A stretch of DNA of 64,000 nucleotides from Batkoa obscura. Lineage: Eukaryota. The notes below the pieces were generated by a model. It saw only the letters and a list, made by a program, of their open reading frames with translations. It had not been told where the DNA came from and searched no databases. The position numbers and the translations under genes were made by a program. The stretch covers positions 434,001 to 498,000 of the forward strand of contig JASVEC010000013.1 in assembly GCA_030770535.1 (NCBI GenBank). Direction: 5' to 3'. The number at the start of each line of letters is the position of its first letter. Positions within the stretch are counted from its first letter, which is position 1. Positions 1-13,337 of the stretch are shown here, one piece after another.

Positions 1-488
1 GGACAACGGATGGATGTGGCTTTAATATGAAAGGAGATGGGGTTATTTGGATTTTAGCTACCAAATTTGGAGCTACTTTTTTTACCGTGTTTATATGTCC
101 CATTATTTATATTGTAATTATCTATTATCTAGCATTAAAGAAACGTATGTTAAGTCGATCAGGAATCAGTAGTGGCAGTAATGGCTCTTCGATACGATAT
201 AGAGCCTTTATACGATTATTCATTTATCCATTAATACCTTTAATTAGTTATGTATTTTATATGGTTGTATTTCTGTTTGCTATCTTTAAAATTAAAATGA
301 ACAAGACGACCGTTTCTACTATTGGTGATATTGGCGCCTTTTTTTCTGGTTTACAAGGTTTTTTTAATTCATTATTATTTTTAACTAATAGTATCTTCTT
401 AAAAGAAATTAATCAAGTGGGAGAATGGTATAGTGATTCTTCCTTCTTTGATAAAACTTATTTTATTAAATTGAAACAATCTAATTGA
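1..488 (+). CDS. C-terminal part of a 7TM GPCR-like membrane protein (cAMP-receptor/Git3-like); 5' end lies outside the window
   Basis: Frame is open from position 3 (TTDGCGFNM...). Three hydrophobic helices, with RLFIYPLIPLI and SGLQGFFNSLLF motifs resembling TM6/TM7 of fungal cAR/Git3-like receptors. Confidence 0.6.
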   Translation, partial: TTDGCGFNMKGDGVIWILATKFGATFFTVFICPIIYIVIIYYLALKKRMLSRSGISSGSNGSSIRYRAFIRLFIYPLIPLISYVFYMVVFLFAIFKIKMNKTTVSTIGDIGAFFSGLQGFFNSLLFLTNSIFLKEINQVGEWYSDSSFFDKTYFIKLKQSN

Positions 489-694
489 TTAATATCAATA
501 ATAATTTAAAAGCTGGCCCTTAAATTATTATTATTATCATTATTGTTTAGATTTAAATGATACAATTTTCCACAACATTTAGTTAAAGTAAAGGAGAATT
601 AAAAATTCAAATATCTCAATACACCATTATTTTGGCTCCAAGTTACATTGTAAAGTATGCTTATAATATCTCAATTTCATTTCAAATAATATAT

Positions 695-794
695 GGGGAT
701 GTATTTTTTTGTTTAAGAATTTTACTAACAATCTTTCCACTCAAATAGCCCTTAAAAAATGGAAAAAGTGATGAAATCAAAAAAAAACATTCTC
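695..794 (+). mobile_element. ~100-bp MITE (Sola-like family)
   Basis: GGGGATGTATTTTT...core TTCCACTCAAATAGCCCTTAAAA...ACATTCTC; flanks ATAT/ATAC. Confidence 0.85.
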
Positions 795-1014
795 ATACAT
801 TTCTTCTTTTTCATATAACTTTGTTAATAAATATTGAATATTTATATTTATTTATTTTGCTTACTTATTTTACAAAATAAATTTTCTATTGAAATCCCGC
901 ATATTGTTTTAAGTTCATTATATCCTTTAATAAATGTTAAATAAAATCATCAATGAAATCATTATGAACTTATTTTTTATATTATATAGGAATGAGTCTA
1001 AGGAAATTGAACAT

Positions 1015-2285
1015 TGATTTAATCTAATTTTAACTTAGAATCATAGTTCAGATATCAATGTATTTTAGCAACAAAGATATTTTATAAATAACTAGTTTCA
1101 TAAACTAAACAAAGCTGGTATTCTTTTTATTCAAATGGGATAGAGCTAAATAATTTATAAGCTGAATACTCGTTATAAATAAAAGCAGTTAATCGAGATA
1201 ATGAACTACTAAATGTTATTATCACCTCAATTTTATAAAAAATTGGAAGCAAATCCAATTTCTTTTTAGAAGTACAGTACAGCCAATTTTACCATTTAAC
1301 TATCGATGATTTTGACTATTTTGCTAATAATCCCCCATAATACTACTAGTAATACTACAACAAAGTGGCTTATTTCAGAGAAGATATTTTGCGAATCTTG
1401 CTCCATGAAAATGTAAAAAGTATGCAACTGTTTTTATGAAGCAATTGCATTGATTAGTCCAGTTAATAAAAAAGAAATTTTTTATGATGAGACGCAGGCC
1501 CAAAAGCCATTAGCTAAAAATAGTGGACAAGAGTATTTTGATTATTAAATTGGAAATATCAATATATGTATATCCTATTTTTTCTTTTAGGGAAAATAAA
1601 ACCTTATTAAGTTATGGAGTTCTACTTGAAACGGTATTTCAAGTCCCGCTTTTATTAGCAGTTTAATAGATAGATCATGAGCTGTTCAAGTCCACGATAG
1701 AAAGTAAAAATTAATATAAAATAAATAATTTAAAAATTTCCATTTAAAAGGTACAAAAAATGATAAATTAATATGTTTTATTAGAAATTTCAAAAGGCAA
1801 TTTACAAATCAAACATACAAAGTAAATCAAGATTTCATAGCTTTTAAATCCATTAAAAATTATGGTCTAGGAAATTTGAACCTTCAATGGATATATCAAT
1901 TTTATACTGAGTTTAGTTAATGGCAGATCGCTTCATCACAAAGATAGAACTATACTAGATCACATTTATTAACTGGCCCATTTTGTAAAGTTAAGATAGG
2001 CAGAAATATATTTAGCTCAAAGATAGTAAATTTACCAAGTGGTGCCAAGTTAATGAAAGATCAATGTCACAAGAAGAAGCTTTTTATTACCAATTTGATG
2101 TTTGTGAATTAAGGACTCGATCCTTGGATGTTAGTTTCTATTATTAATCTCATTAGTAAAGTAATGTCATTAATAGTGATTAAAGTCAAATTCCACTCCT
2201 CATATGTTATATTGTCTCTTTCCAATTATTCAAAGGAAGTGCTTTAAGCCAAAGAAAAATTTATTACATTTATTAGTTTTATTTT
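1015..2285 (+). pseudogene. Decayed S28 serine peptidase paralog
   Basis: Hand translation gives *FNLILT..F*QQRYFINN, TKWLIS, FYEAIALISPVNKKEIFYD, QWIYQFYTEFS*WQIA, NLMFVN*GLDPWM and SKEVL*AKEK, collinear with the intact S28 gene at 15739-17178. Many stops and frameshifts. Confidence 0.85.
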
Positions 2286-2784
2286 AATATAATCTAAATT
2301 CAAATATTCAAAAGTATCTAAATTGCATGTAGCTAAAAAATAAAGCTTCAAAATAATTATAAAGCTATATTATAATCTTTTTTATTAATATGGAAGCCAA
2401 TTGGTTATAGAATAAGGTGGGTGGATTTCGTATACATAGGAATAAATATGCATATAGATATGTTTAAGACCAATGTCTAGGATCTTCGTTACTATTGACG
2501 ATTACAGTTGCTGGAGTCACGGGATTATCATGAGCAACAAGATAAGAATCAATTGATAAAATAGATAGGGGAAATGCGAGGATTGAATCGAAACTCATCT
2601 TCTAAATTTTTCTTAAAATGAAGAATTTTATTTTCGAGATAATTCAAAAACCATTCAACCTTTTGGGCTTATATATTTGTTCCAGACTAGAGCTATAGAT
2701 GCTACAATATAGTATAAACAAGTTTAATGTAATAATAAGAGTGTCTTTATTTTTTATATTAGTTAACATGGAACTTATTGAGTC

Positions 2785-3250
2785 TGTGAAAGTTGATACT
2801 TAGTGGCCGAAGTTAAAAGCTACTCTTGCTTAATTAACTTGCCTTGAGTCGAAGGGTCTTAGTTTATGTAACTAAGGTAGACTTAACTTAATAGAAATAG
2901 TATGTAGTAAGCTACAAATTATGTAAAACAAATACAATGGAAGATACTACTATAAAATCTATATCAGATGTTGTCAGAAAGACTTAGTGACTTTATTAAT
3001 GATACGTTATCAGGGAGTAATCCAATTAAAAAAGCCTGGAGTTATCATATTGAAGAATCTCTTTTATACTCCAATAAATATGGATATTAATACGAGAGGA
3101 TGTTATTCCTTGCAATATGAAGTTATAAATTCTCGCAGCAAATCAAAATAAGGGACTCTGACTTGATTGTATTTGAACTTGAGAACACAGCAACTTAAGT
3201 GATTGTTGCGTTATAATCAATCCGAGAGCTAAATAAAGCAATATTTCACA
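2785..3250 (+). mobile_element. Solo LTR (TGTGAAA...TTTCACA), 466 bp
   Basis: TG...CA ends with a 7-bp terminal inverted repeat, AATAAA near the 3' end, perfect 5-bp TSD GAGTC; homologs at 6859-8079 and 47329-47688. Confidence 0.8.
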
Positions 3251-4833
3251 GAGTCCATGTGTATTAAATTCACTTACCTATTTAAACATTTTTAGTCCAA
3301 TTTAATTAAACTATTATCAAAAATAGAACCGTTTTTCCCTATGTTCTGTTCTAGAATCGTGTGATTCCGATTTATATAATTTATAGTGTTGACCATATAA
3401 ACAAACCACTTATATAATGTGATATTAATAAACAATTACGCTTACGGCTAAAATTTGTTCATAGTTTGAATATTATATACATTTATCATCCTAATTAATA
3501 AGTTTCTTCTTAGTTTATTTTATTCGATTTTTATAATTGTATTAAAGATAAATGTATTGCCGATAAATATGTTTGAAATACTAAAATTAAGCTACTATCA
3601 ATTAATGTATTATAATAATTGAAAAAGAAAAACTGATTTTAATGTATATTATAATATAAATTATCATTAAGTTGAGTTTGAGCTTTATGCATGCTATAAA
3701 GTTTAAAGGGTAAATTAGAGCCACTGTAATAATACGATACTACCCTCCTACCTACAACTAGAAATTAAATTTTGTGATGTATCTCATGATTAAAGACTTG
3801 AGCCAAGAGAGTAGTATTAATTTAAGTTTTTTATTTGTATTAAGTACAAACTGTCTATTTAGTGAACAAATGCTTATAAACTAACAAATTAGCGCTTGCT
3901 AATGTTTCCAATTCATTGTATATTAATCAACAGCGTGGAATAGTTATAGAATTAATACAGTAACATATTATCAATTATTAAATAGCATATGTTTTGTAGA
4001 TATTATAAATAGCCTACATAATCTTAGAATTAAATGCATCAAAACTAATACTGTATTATTACATTTAGCTCTATTTTATAAAAAAGAGCTAAAGAATATT
4101 TTATGTTATTAAATTGCTGGTATGTTCTGTATAAAAATTCGAGTAAATAAATCAATTTTAATATATTAAAAAAAACGACGTGTAAAAGTGATAGTACAAA
4201 ATCAAATACTCTAAAATTATTAAATAACAAAAAGACGTATTTTTTTGTTATAACGAGATTTTAATAATATTTCATTAATAAAATAGCTTACAATTAATCT
4301 TAAATTAAAATTAAAAATAGAATTTTTTATAATTTTTATTCAAAAAAGCATATGGGAATGCGTTCTGTTGTAGTGATTTATTTCATTTATTATACAATAT
4401 AAAATTAGAATAAATAAATAATAAATATTGAAAAAAAAAACCGATAACGCTCCTATGCCGCCTCATGCTGTCTCCACTTCGCTTCACACCTGGATTCAAT
4501 ATATATAAAGCCGGATAAAAATCAACCAAATACGTTTTGATCTGGTTAAAACCAGTAACCCTTAAATTGGACCACTTTTGATCAATTGTCTGATTTGTAT
4601 TTCAGTTATGCTCTCAGTACCCTCACGCCTAACTCATCTTTAACTCACATTTCCTCTGTTTCCCTTTTTCCTAACTTTTATACTTATAAAGTAGATAATT
4701 GAGAGCCTTCAGTTCTTTTAAGGTATTAAAAAAAAGACATTCTCTTATTTTTTATTAAAAAATAAAGGCGTCATAAATAAGCATTTTTATAAATATATCT
4801 AATATACCTTTTTTTCAATAGTTTTAAACAAAT

Positions 4834-4931
4834 GGGGATGTATTTTTATGTTTAAGAACTTTACTACAGTTTTTCCGCTCAAATAGCGCTTAAAAGATGG
4901 AAAAAGTGATGAAGCCAAAAAAAACACCCCC
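4834..4931 (+). mobile_element. ~100-bp MITE (Sola-like family)
   Basis: GGGGATGT...ACACCCCC, TSD AAAT. Confidence 0.9.
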
Positions 4932-5926
4932 AAATACTATAAAACTTTACTACCAAAATTACTAACCGTTTTATAAAGTTATTTTCTATTCATCTTATTT
5001 ATAAAGTTTCTAACAAGCCCTAGTCCTTAATTTTGGATTTTATAATAGTTATAATAATTAATGATTATTTTTTAGCTCTTAAATGTCATTCAAAATAACT
5101 TGGTAAATAAGTTCAAATTAGAATACTTATAAATGCTAGTTTGATGGCTGTACAATTAAGATAGTTTGAAAACATTTAATCTTAGGAATTCATACACTTG
5201 ATTGAAACTAAGCTATAAGTTTTAAAATATATATAAACTGGTTTATATATCGGAATCTTTTTCTGTTAGTTATCTTTAAATTTATTTGATCCACATGTAA
5301 AAAAATTCGATTTTTATGAATGACACCTCAATTTTTACCTTGCAGTCATTGAAATTTCAAAAATAAAATAGCAAGAAAAATGATTAGATATGAATCGCTG
5401 CTCATATTTCAAAATATGTATAATATAATAAGAGTGTTTGTTCTACTTATAAAGCTCGTTTTCTTTGGCTTTATCATAGTTTGAAACCTTCAAAACTTCA
5501 TACAAAAAATACTAATTCGCTTTATATACAATAAATGCTTATTCAAGGTACCACGTTCTAGAATTTCATCAAATGTATTACATTTATTTAAAAATATATT
5601 TAGAACATAACTTTATAATTTGTTATATCACTAATAGTTATTAGGTCTTTATACAAGTTTATCTACTGATCATTAGCACATAAAGATATGTTTAACAATT
5701 TATTAACTAAATTTGTTCACTCACGAAACTTAAAATTCAAAATGTTGGAAAAAAGATAGATGAAATAAAAATATGTTGATTTTTTTTACCTTTTAATGAA
5801 TTATTGCTATTGATATGAGTATACCAAAATGTATTGAAATAAATTAATTTAAATACTAGTGTTAAATATTATTATTTTTAAGCATTGTAGAAATGCTTTA
5901 TATACTTTTAAAAATCGGATTTACAA

Positions 5927-5998
5927 GGCTCAGTGGTCTAGTGGTATGATTCTCGCTTTGGGTGCGAGAGGCCCTGGGTTCAATTCCCAGCTGAGCCC
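5927..5998 (+). tRNA. tRNA-Pro(TGG)
   Basis: Acceptor GGCTCAG/CTGAGCC, anticodon arm CTCGC-TTTGGGT-GCGAG, T-loop TTCAATT, downstream T-run. Confidence 0.95.
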
Positions 5999-6589
5999 TA
6001 TTTTTAATTTTAACTTGTTCAACCAACCTTTTTACTGTAATTTGACTTTGAATTCTAGAAAAATAAATAGGGATGTTTTTAATTTCATCGCTTTTTCCAT
6101 TTTCAAGAGCTATTAGTAAAATTCTTGAACAGAAAAATATATCCTTAAATGTTTATTTAAAATCTTTGCAAACTTAAACTTTCAAAAAATTAAAAATAAA
6201 GGTCCAAATGCTTTTTTTTAAGATAATAACACAGGTGTAAATTACATTTTTATTTAAACAATTGTGTTAATTTAAAAAATATAAATAAAGCTATTTTCAG
6301 TTATATATTGTTAAAAACTTAATATTTTTTAAATAAAACATCTCAGTTAAGATTTTTTAATTATTTAACAAGTATTTTAAAAAATTTATTTAGTTAAACT
6401 AATAGTAAAAATAAAAGATAAAAAAATAAAAAATAGTTATATAAATTTAGGCTTTTAATATAACAAATTTTAAGTTTTTGATTATTATTAAAACTTTTCA
6501 TAATATTAAGCTATAAATATAAATAGTATTAATATAAAAGAAAACATTTAAATTAATTTTCCAAATATATCGGGGTGTATTTTTTATAT

Positions 6590-6684
6590 GAGGATATATT
6601 TTTTTAAGAATTTTACTAACAATTTTTCCACTCAAATAGCGCTTAAAAAATAGAAAAAATAATGAAGCCAAAAAAAACACCCCC
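6590..6684 (+). mobile_element. ~100-bp MITE (Sola-like family)
   Basis: GAGGATAT...ACACCCCC, TSD ATAT; an extra terminus-like fragment (CGGGGTGTATTTTT) sits at 6571. Confidence 0.85.
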
Positions 6685-6858
6685 ATATAGATTTATTGCA
6701 AGAATTTTTATTTCTACATTTTAGTATTTATATTTAATAGTTATAATAAAAAATTATCATTATTGTTGTATTTTTTATATATAACACTTTAATATAATAA
6801 CTTTTTTTTTATAAAAAAATTATATTTAGTTTTAATAAACTTATTTTATTTTGTTTAT

Positions 6859-8079
6859 TGTGAAATGTCGCTTTATCAGCTCTCAGATTAATTATAACAT
6901 AATAATCATTTAGCTTGTTTACAAAACTAGTTATAGTCTTGTAATCAATTTGACCGTGATCCATGTGGTATAATCAATTCAGAGTACCTCGTTTAGATTG
7001 CTGTAAAAATTTCTATCGCCTAATTGCAAAGAACTTATTGTCGACATTTTGATGTCCATACTTGGCAACTGTAATAAGGAGTAACTATTATTATACCCCT
7101 TACATATAGACACCAAGTTGGAGTATAAAAGAGATTACTCAACACAATAACTCGATGCTTTTTAATTGAATTATTCCCTGATAACGTACCATCAATAAAG
7201 TCACTAAGTCTTTCTGACAATATCTTACATAGATTTTACAGTAGTATTATCTATTCTATTTGTTTTATATAGTTCATAGTCTATTGAATACTATTCTTAC
7301 TAGTTTAAGTCTATCTTAGCTGTGAAAGTTGATACTCAGTGGTCGGAGTTAAAAAGAGTTCTTGCTTAATTAAGTTGCCTTGAGTCGAACAGTCTTAGTT
7401 TATGTAACTAAGATAGACTTAACTTAATAAGAATAGTATGCAGTAGGCTACGAATTATGTGAAACAAATACAATGGAAGATACTACTGTAAAATCTATAT
7501 AAGATGTTGTCAGAAAGACTTAGTGACTTTATTAATGATACGTTATCAGGGAGTAATCCAATTAAGAAGCCTCGAGTTATCATGTTGAGTAATCTCTTTT
7601 ATACTCCAACAATTATGGATATCAAAACGAGAGGATAATATTCTTTGCAATATGATAACTCGAGGCTTTTTAACTGAATTACTCCCTGATATCGTACTAT
7701 TAATAAAGCCACTAAGTCTTTCTGATAATATCTTACATAGATTTTACAGTAGTGTTGTCTATTCTATTTGTTTTACATAGTTCGTAACTTATTATGTATT
7801 ATTCCTATTCATTTAAGTCTATCTTAGTTACATAAACTAAGACCGTTCGACTCAAGGCAAGTTAATCAACCAAGAACTGTTTTTAACTCCTACCACTGAG
7901 TACCAACTTTCACAGAACTTGAGAACACAACAACTTAAGTGATTGTTGTGTTATAATCAATTCGAGAGCTAATAAAGCAATGTTTCACATAGCTACATAA
8001 ACTAAGACCGTTCGACTCAAGGCAAGTTAACCAAGCAATAACTGCTTTTAACCCCAACTACTTAGTACCAACTTTCACA
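6859..8079. mobile_element. Three nested solo-LTR copies: outer (-) 6859-8079, middle (+) 7321-7989, inner truncated (-) ~7652-7914
   Basis: Homology to 2785-3250 in both orientations. Outer copy flanked by TTAT/TTAT, middle copy by TAGC/TAGC; the outer sequence resumes exactly after 7989. Confidence 0.8.
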
Positions 8080-8804
8080 TTATTACATTATTTTTTATTA
8101 GTTTTTTACATTATTTTTTATTAATATGTTTTTTTTTTGTATTTTATATAATTTTTTAATAATTAATTAATTAATAACTTTGGTTAAATTTTAATGATTT
8201 TTTTTAAGCAGTTAAATTATTGAAAAAATTAAAATAATTATATGCAATTAAAATTTTTTATTTATATTTAAATTGTATTAAAAATAATATTAAATTATTA
8301 AAAAAACTAGTATGATTATAAATAATGTTAATTATTTTATTTTTAATAATTATGTTTTAATAACTTTTTCTATCTATTTATTTATTAAAATTTATATCAA
8401 GTTTTATATAATATATATTTATATGCTAGTAAGCTTTTATATTAATACTTTAAAGCAGTTGTATAAATTGAAAAAGCTATTTATATTGAATGTTTTAAAT
8501 GCATAAAATTAATTTATTCAGAGTTAATATTAAAAACATGAATATTTATATTATTAGTAAAAAATATATAAAACAATCAGTTAAAAAAGTATTGTCTTTA
8601 AAACAAATTAAATATAACATCTGTTAAATAACGGTTATTATTATATATTAATTTAATATTAATAAAAACTTTAATAAAATTTAAAATTTCATTATAAACT
8701 ACAGAGTTTTTTCATTTTTATTAGTACTTTAATTTTAAAAGAGAGCCTTCAAAGTCTATTAAGCAGTAATATATATTTGTTATTCTTTGAAATAACATAT
8801 CTTA

Positions 8805-8877
8805 GGGGCAGTAGCTCAATCGGTAGAGTACTCGCTTTGCATGCGAGGGGCACGGGGATCGAAACCCTGCTACTCCA
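8805..8877 (+). tRNA. tRNA-Ala(TGC)
   Basis: Cloverleaf with the G3:U70 Ala identity pair, anticodon arm CTCGC-TTTGCAT-GCGAG; one C:A mismatch in the acceptor stem. Confidence 0.9.
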
Positions 8878-11800
8878 GCTATTTTTATAGCTTTTATTAT
8901 TTTTTGCCTCAGTTTCTTTAGGTATAAAATATGATACATTAAAAAATCTATCCATAATTTCAAATAAAATTGTTTAATCAAAATTTTAAAATATACTTAA
9001 AATTTTGCTTCTATCAACTGTCAATTTATCAAATTTATTGTATATTTTTTCTATTTCTTATCTTCTCACATCTTTAACTTTGACATTGAGCCCATACATC
9101 CCTTTATCAAAGCCTACCTTTTTTCCCTTGGCCTTTGGTAAACCCCAAGGGTTTTATAGCCCTTTTATTAAAAACAAAGATCAGGCACCCTCACTATCAA
9201 TTATGTCTCTCATCTGAACGGAAAAATATTCAGAGACTTAAGGTAAAACACAATATCTTTGCTTGTTCAAATTCTAAAAATACTAGCTTGCCAAATCATT
9301 AATATAAATATAATTTATTCCCAAGTCCTTGAGGATAAATTAAGAGTCAAGCAAAATTTAAGTTTTTTTAAAAATATATGTTTATATATTTGTTATGTTT
9401 ATTTAGTAAAAAGCAACTCTCTGATAATAATCTAAAGTTGAGTATAATGTCTAGGGCCAGTGACCGCGAGTTTTAAAGCCATAGGCTTGATCAGCAGCAG
9501 GCTGGTTGTTAACAGGAACTGAAGTGATTACAGACATAATATAAACAGTGTAAGCGATAAGAAAAGTAAGGTGCATTGTATTTATAAGTAACTTGTATCT
9601 AATTTAATATAATATTATAGGATAGTAAAGCGACTACTATTTATACTTCTTAATCCCACTGTATACCTACATTATAAATATAAAAACAGTTGATACCATG
9701 GATATGTCAAATTAAGCTTAATAGATCGCTTTGTTTATAACTTAAATTATATTAACAACACATGGTATGTTATAACACATTGTTGTTGACTGAGTACTAT
9801 ACTGAATTATTTTTATAATATTAAACTTTTATTATCTATCCTTTATATGAACTTTTTACGTTTGTATTTATTAATTATCTAAATAAAAATAAGCTAACTT
9901 TTATACACCCTGTTAATAAATTATTTAATCTAGAGTTTATTTAATTTTATAATATTTTATCCCGACTTTGTTAACTAATAGAGAGTAAATAATAACTATC
10001 TCGATTTTCCTTTTATTTATTATTCCTCTACATATCAATGTTATGAATGAAATAATATAAACAGTTAAATAAAGTTATAGCATGTTGCTTTGGCTTATAA
10101 GGCATGTAACATTTAATTTTTTATTAGAGTTATTATTTGGATTTGTTTCATTTTAGTCCTATAAAAATTTTGATATCGATTGAACAAATAAATATTTTAT
10201 GATAGTCCAAATGTTAAAGTCTTTAAAGCTCTTATTCTTAGTACATATTTCAAAAATTAAAAACAAATACAACAAATATAATCAAAGAATAAATAAATAT
10301 AAAAAACCTGAGTTTTTTACCAAAAATTAAGTCACCTTGAAATTTGAAATTTGAAAAAATTCTTCGTAAATTACTAAATTCAAAAGGGGGGTTACCCATA
10401 AAAAAACTAGTATAATATATTTGAAATTTTTATTTAAATATTCAATACAAAACAATAAAAAACTTACATCTTTAAAACTGAAATCGTGGAGTATAGGGAA
10501 TTATTTAATAATTTACTAATGGTACTCCGGGAACATGGTTTTAACAATAGACGTTTACAAATATTTATAAATAAATCACAAAAAAAGTTATTGTTAAGAC
10601 AATAATTAATTAAACAAGTTATTTAATTAACCAAGTCTAGTTTCATACTGATAAAAACCAGAGATGATCGCTATAGAATAAAATAAGCCTAAATCCTCTT
10701 CACCATAAAATACCTTATATATTTAGCCCCTTATGAATAATTTTCACTTATATTTGAAAACGTATTCGGTTTAGTCCTATTCAAGTTAGTTATATGGTTA
10801 TTGTTTTTAGTTTACTTTCTTAATATAATTAATGAACCACGGGTTAAATTACAAGCCTAATGATAATCTAGATGTAAAATCAGTATTGTTTATTCAAATT
10901 TAAGCTTATAACATAAAATATTAATAACTTGAATAAAGCGTGTTTTTTTGTCAATACTGTAAAAGTTAAGATTTGAATTGGAGGTAACAACCAGACAGGT
11001 ACAAAACATTTCACAGCAAAAAAGGCCAATTTTGGTTAAAGTTTAATTCTAGTCGAAAAAACCGATTACTGAATTAAATAGTTACTAATAGCTTTTAATA
11101 GAATTAGTTAGGCTTAGGTTAGGGATGAGATATGAGTTTAAAATTTATTGGCAATTTGTTTCACATAAACCTATACTTTATTAATTTTTTTACCTATTTG
11201 GTCATTGTCCCCTACCATTGGAATCAAGGTTAAAACTAAGGGCCTTTATAGTATACATCATATTTTACAGACTATAGCCCTGTTTTAGAAAAAACATTCC
11301 AATCGAAAAAAACTGAGGCAATTTTTGTTGAAAGCCACAATGAAAATAGGTTCAGTTTCAATTTGACTAATAGAACAACAGGTTGCACCTAGATGTCATT
11401 CGCTAACTTTAATTTGTAACTAGTTTTTTTTAGCGTGAAACTAAGAGTCAAAGATTTAATATCACTAGATTATACTATTAAAAAAAATTAGCCACAAATT
11501 AAAAACAATAAAGACGCTTAACTGCAATTCGCTCTAAGATCATTAAATTTTTATAAATTAGATTTTTTGACTGGGATTTTGCTAGACAGGTCGTTTATAT
11601 AGCGTTATACAAAGGGAGGGGATAATAGTTCATAAAATAAAGTGACTTTAGTACCAATTTTTTTGTGTCACAAAAATTAATTCTTTATCCAAAATTTAAT
11701 AAAAAATATTACCCTGTTCAATAGAACAGCATTATCTATTTATTATGAAGGTTATAAAGGTTAATAAAGGAACTAAATTTTTACAAACAGCAGGTCGTAA

Positions 11801-11959
11801 CTACATTTAGCTTTATAATATTGTATTTTATTCTTAAAAAACAATAAAGCTTACTGGTCAAATATTTGTGCACAATACCTTGCAATTCGTTTGTATAATA
11901 TTAATTACAGTAACTAAGTTCGATTAAAATATTTTTTTGGTCTATTAGTTTATCTTTTA

Positions 11960-13337
11960 ATGTTCAACTTGTTATTTCTTATTTTTTTCTTTTATAAAGT
12001 TATTGCGTATTTGTCAAGATTACAAGACGGAGGATGCATTGTAGTTGAAGATAAAGTATATTATTTGTGTGGGTATACATCTATACCTAATATAAAAGAA
12101 GTAGTAGACCGAAATCAAGATGTGTTTACGTTAAATTTAAAAAATGGACTTAAAGTGATCAACAATTCGATAGAATGGGAAAAAAATGAAGTAGTTAATT
12201 ATCCAAGAATAGGCACGATCTTACTTCTTTACAATTGAGAATGGAACTAAAACTATTGGAAGCATTTACCAGAGCAGACTTAAAAAAGGATTATTATTTA
12301 ACTTTTTTAATATTGAAAAAAATGAATGGTATGGTGAAAATAGTATTGAAAATATGTATTTGGAGTCTATTACAGATAGTAAGGAAAATATAACGTGTTA
12401 TCAGAGATATTTTATTTTGCAAGATGAAAATAGAGATAAACTATTTCATGTTTCTGGTTATTCTTTCAATATAAGTACCAGAGTAACAAAAGCATTCTAA
12501 ATGAAATCCTTTAATATAGAAACTAAAGAAATTAAATTCATGTTTGAGCCACCTCATAATATGATCATCCATCAATTATTTATTTCAAATAATAAACTGT
12601 ATTATTTTTTAGATTTAGGGTTAGAAGATCGTAAAAAAAGTGGTCAAAATAAACTATATGAATTGGATTTGAAGTCAAAGGATGTAAAAGAATATGATAT
12701 AAAACTCAAACACAATGATTATTTTGAGCCCATAAAATATAATCAATCAGTTTATTTTATCGGCTATGAAAAAGGCGAAGATGCTAATTTTTTAGGTGAC
12801 ATGTATGAGTTAAAGTTAAGCCCATTTTCATTCAAAAAGATGAAACAAATTAGAATCAATAACAATGGATGTTTTTCTATTTATAGGGATTATCTGATAA
12901 ACTCATTTGGTTTATATTTTATCAGTAAAGAAAGTAAAAAGTCGATAGAAAGCTCAAATAAAATATTATTAACAAACATGTCTAATTGGGAACAAATTGA
13001 TCATTTACCTTCATCATTAAGCAATAGTAATTATGGTAAACAAACAAATTATAATAGTTATATCAATAGAGCAATAGAATGCATCGCTGGTTTATTAGTA
13101 GGAATTATAACAATGACTTCAATCATATTATTGCTATTTTATAAGTACAGAAACAAAAAAGAAAGATCACCAAGTATAATAACCGATACTATTGTCATTG
13201 AATCTATTAACCCTTTAAATGACAAATATGACCATCACAATATGGATCTTTTTAGCTATTCTCATGAAATTGACAACCATAGTACTATGCTGCCTGTCAA
13301 AACAGAACTTAAAGTAAATAGAATTGTTTATGACTAA
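11960..13337 (+). pseudogene. Signal peptide + Kelch-like beta-propeller + single-TM protein, interrupted
   Basis: N-terminal hydrophobic leader, GGCIVVEDKVYYLCG, C-terminal TM (IAGLLVGIITMTSIILLLFY). One frame change at ~12210-12235 and an in-frame TAA at 12498-12500 separate otherwise open frames. Confidence 0.65.

Noticed and set aside
5859..6116. 85-aa ORF (likewise 8749-8955, 6498-6686, 7035-7220, 19944-20132)
   Set aside because: These overlap tRNA genes, MITEs or LTRs and show no protein features.
9379..9688. Possible second-family solo LTR (TGTTT...AAACA, minus-strand TATA)
   Set aside because: No TSD and no second copy recognised in the window.
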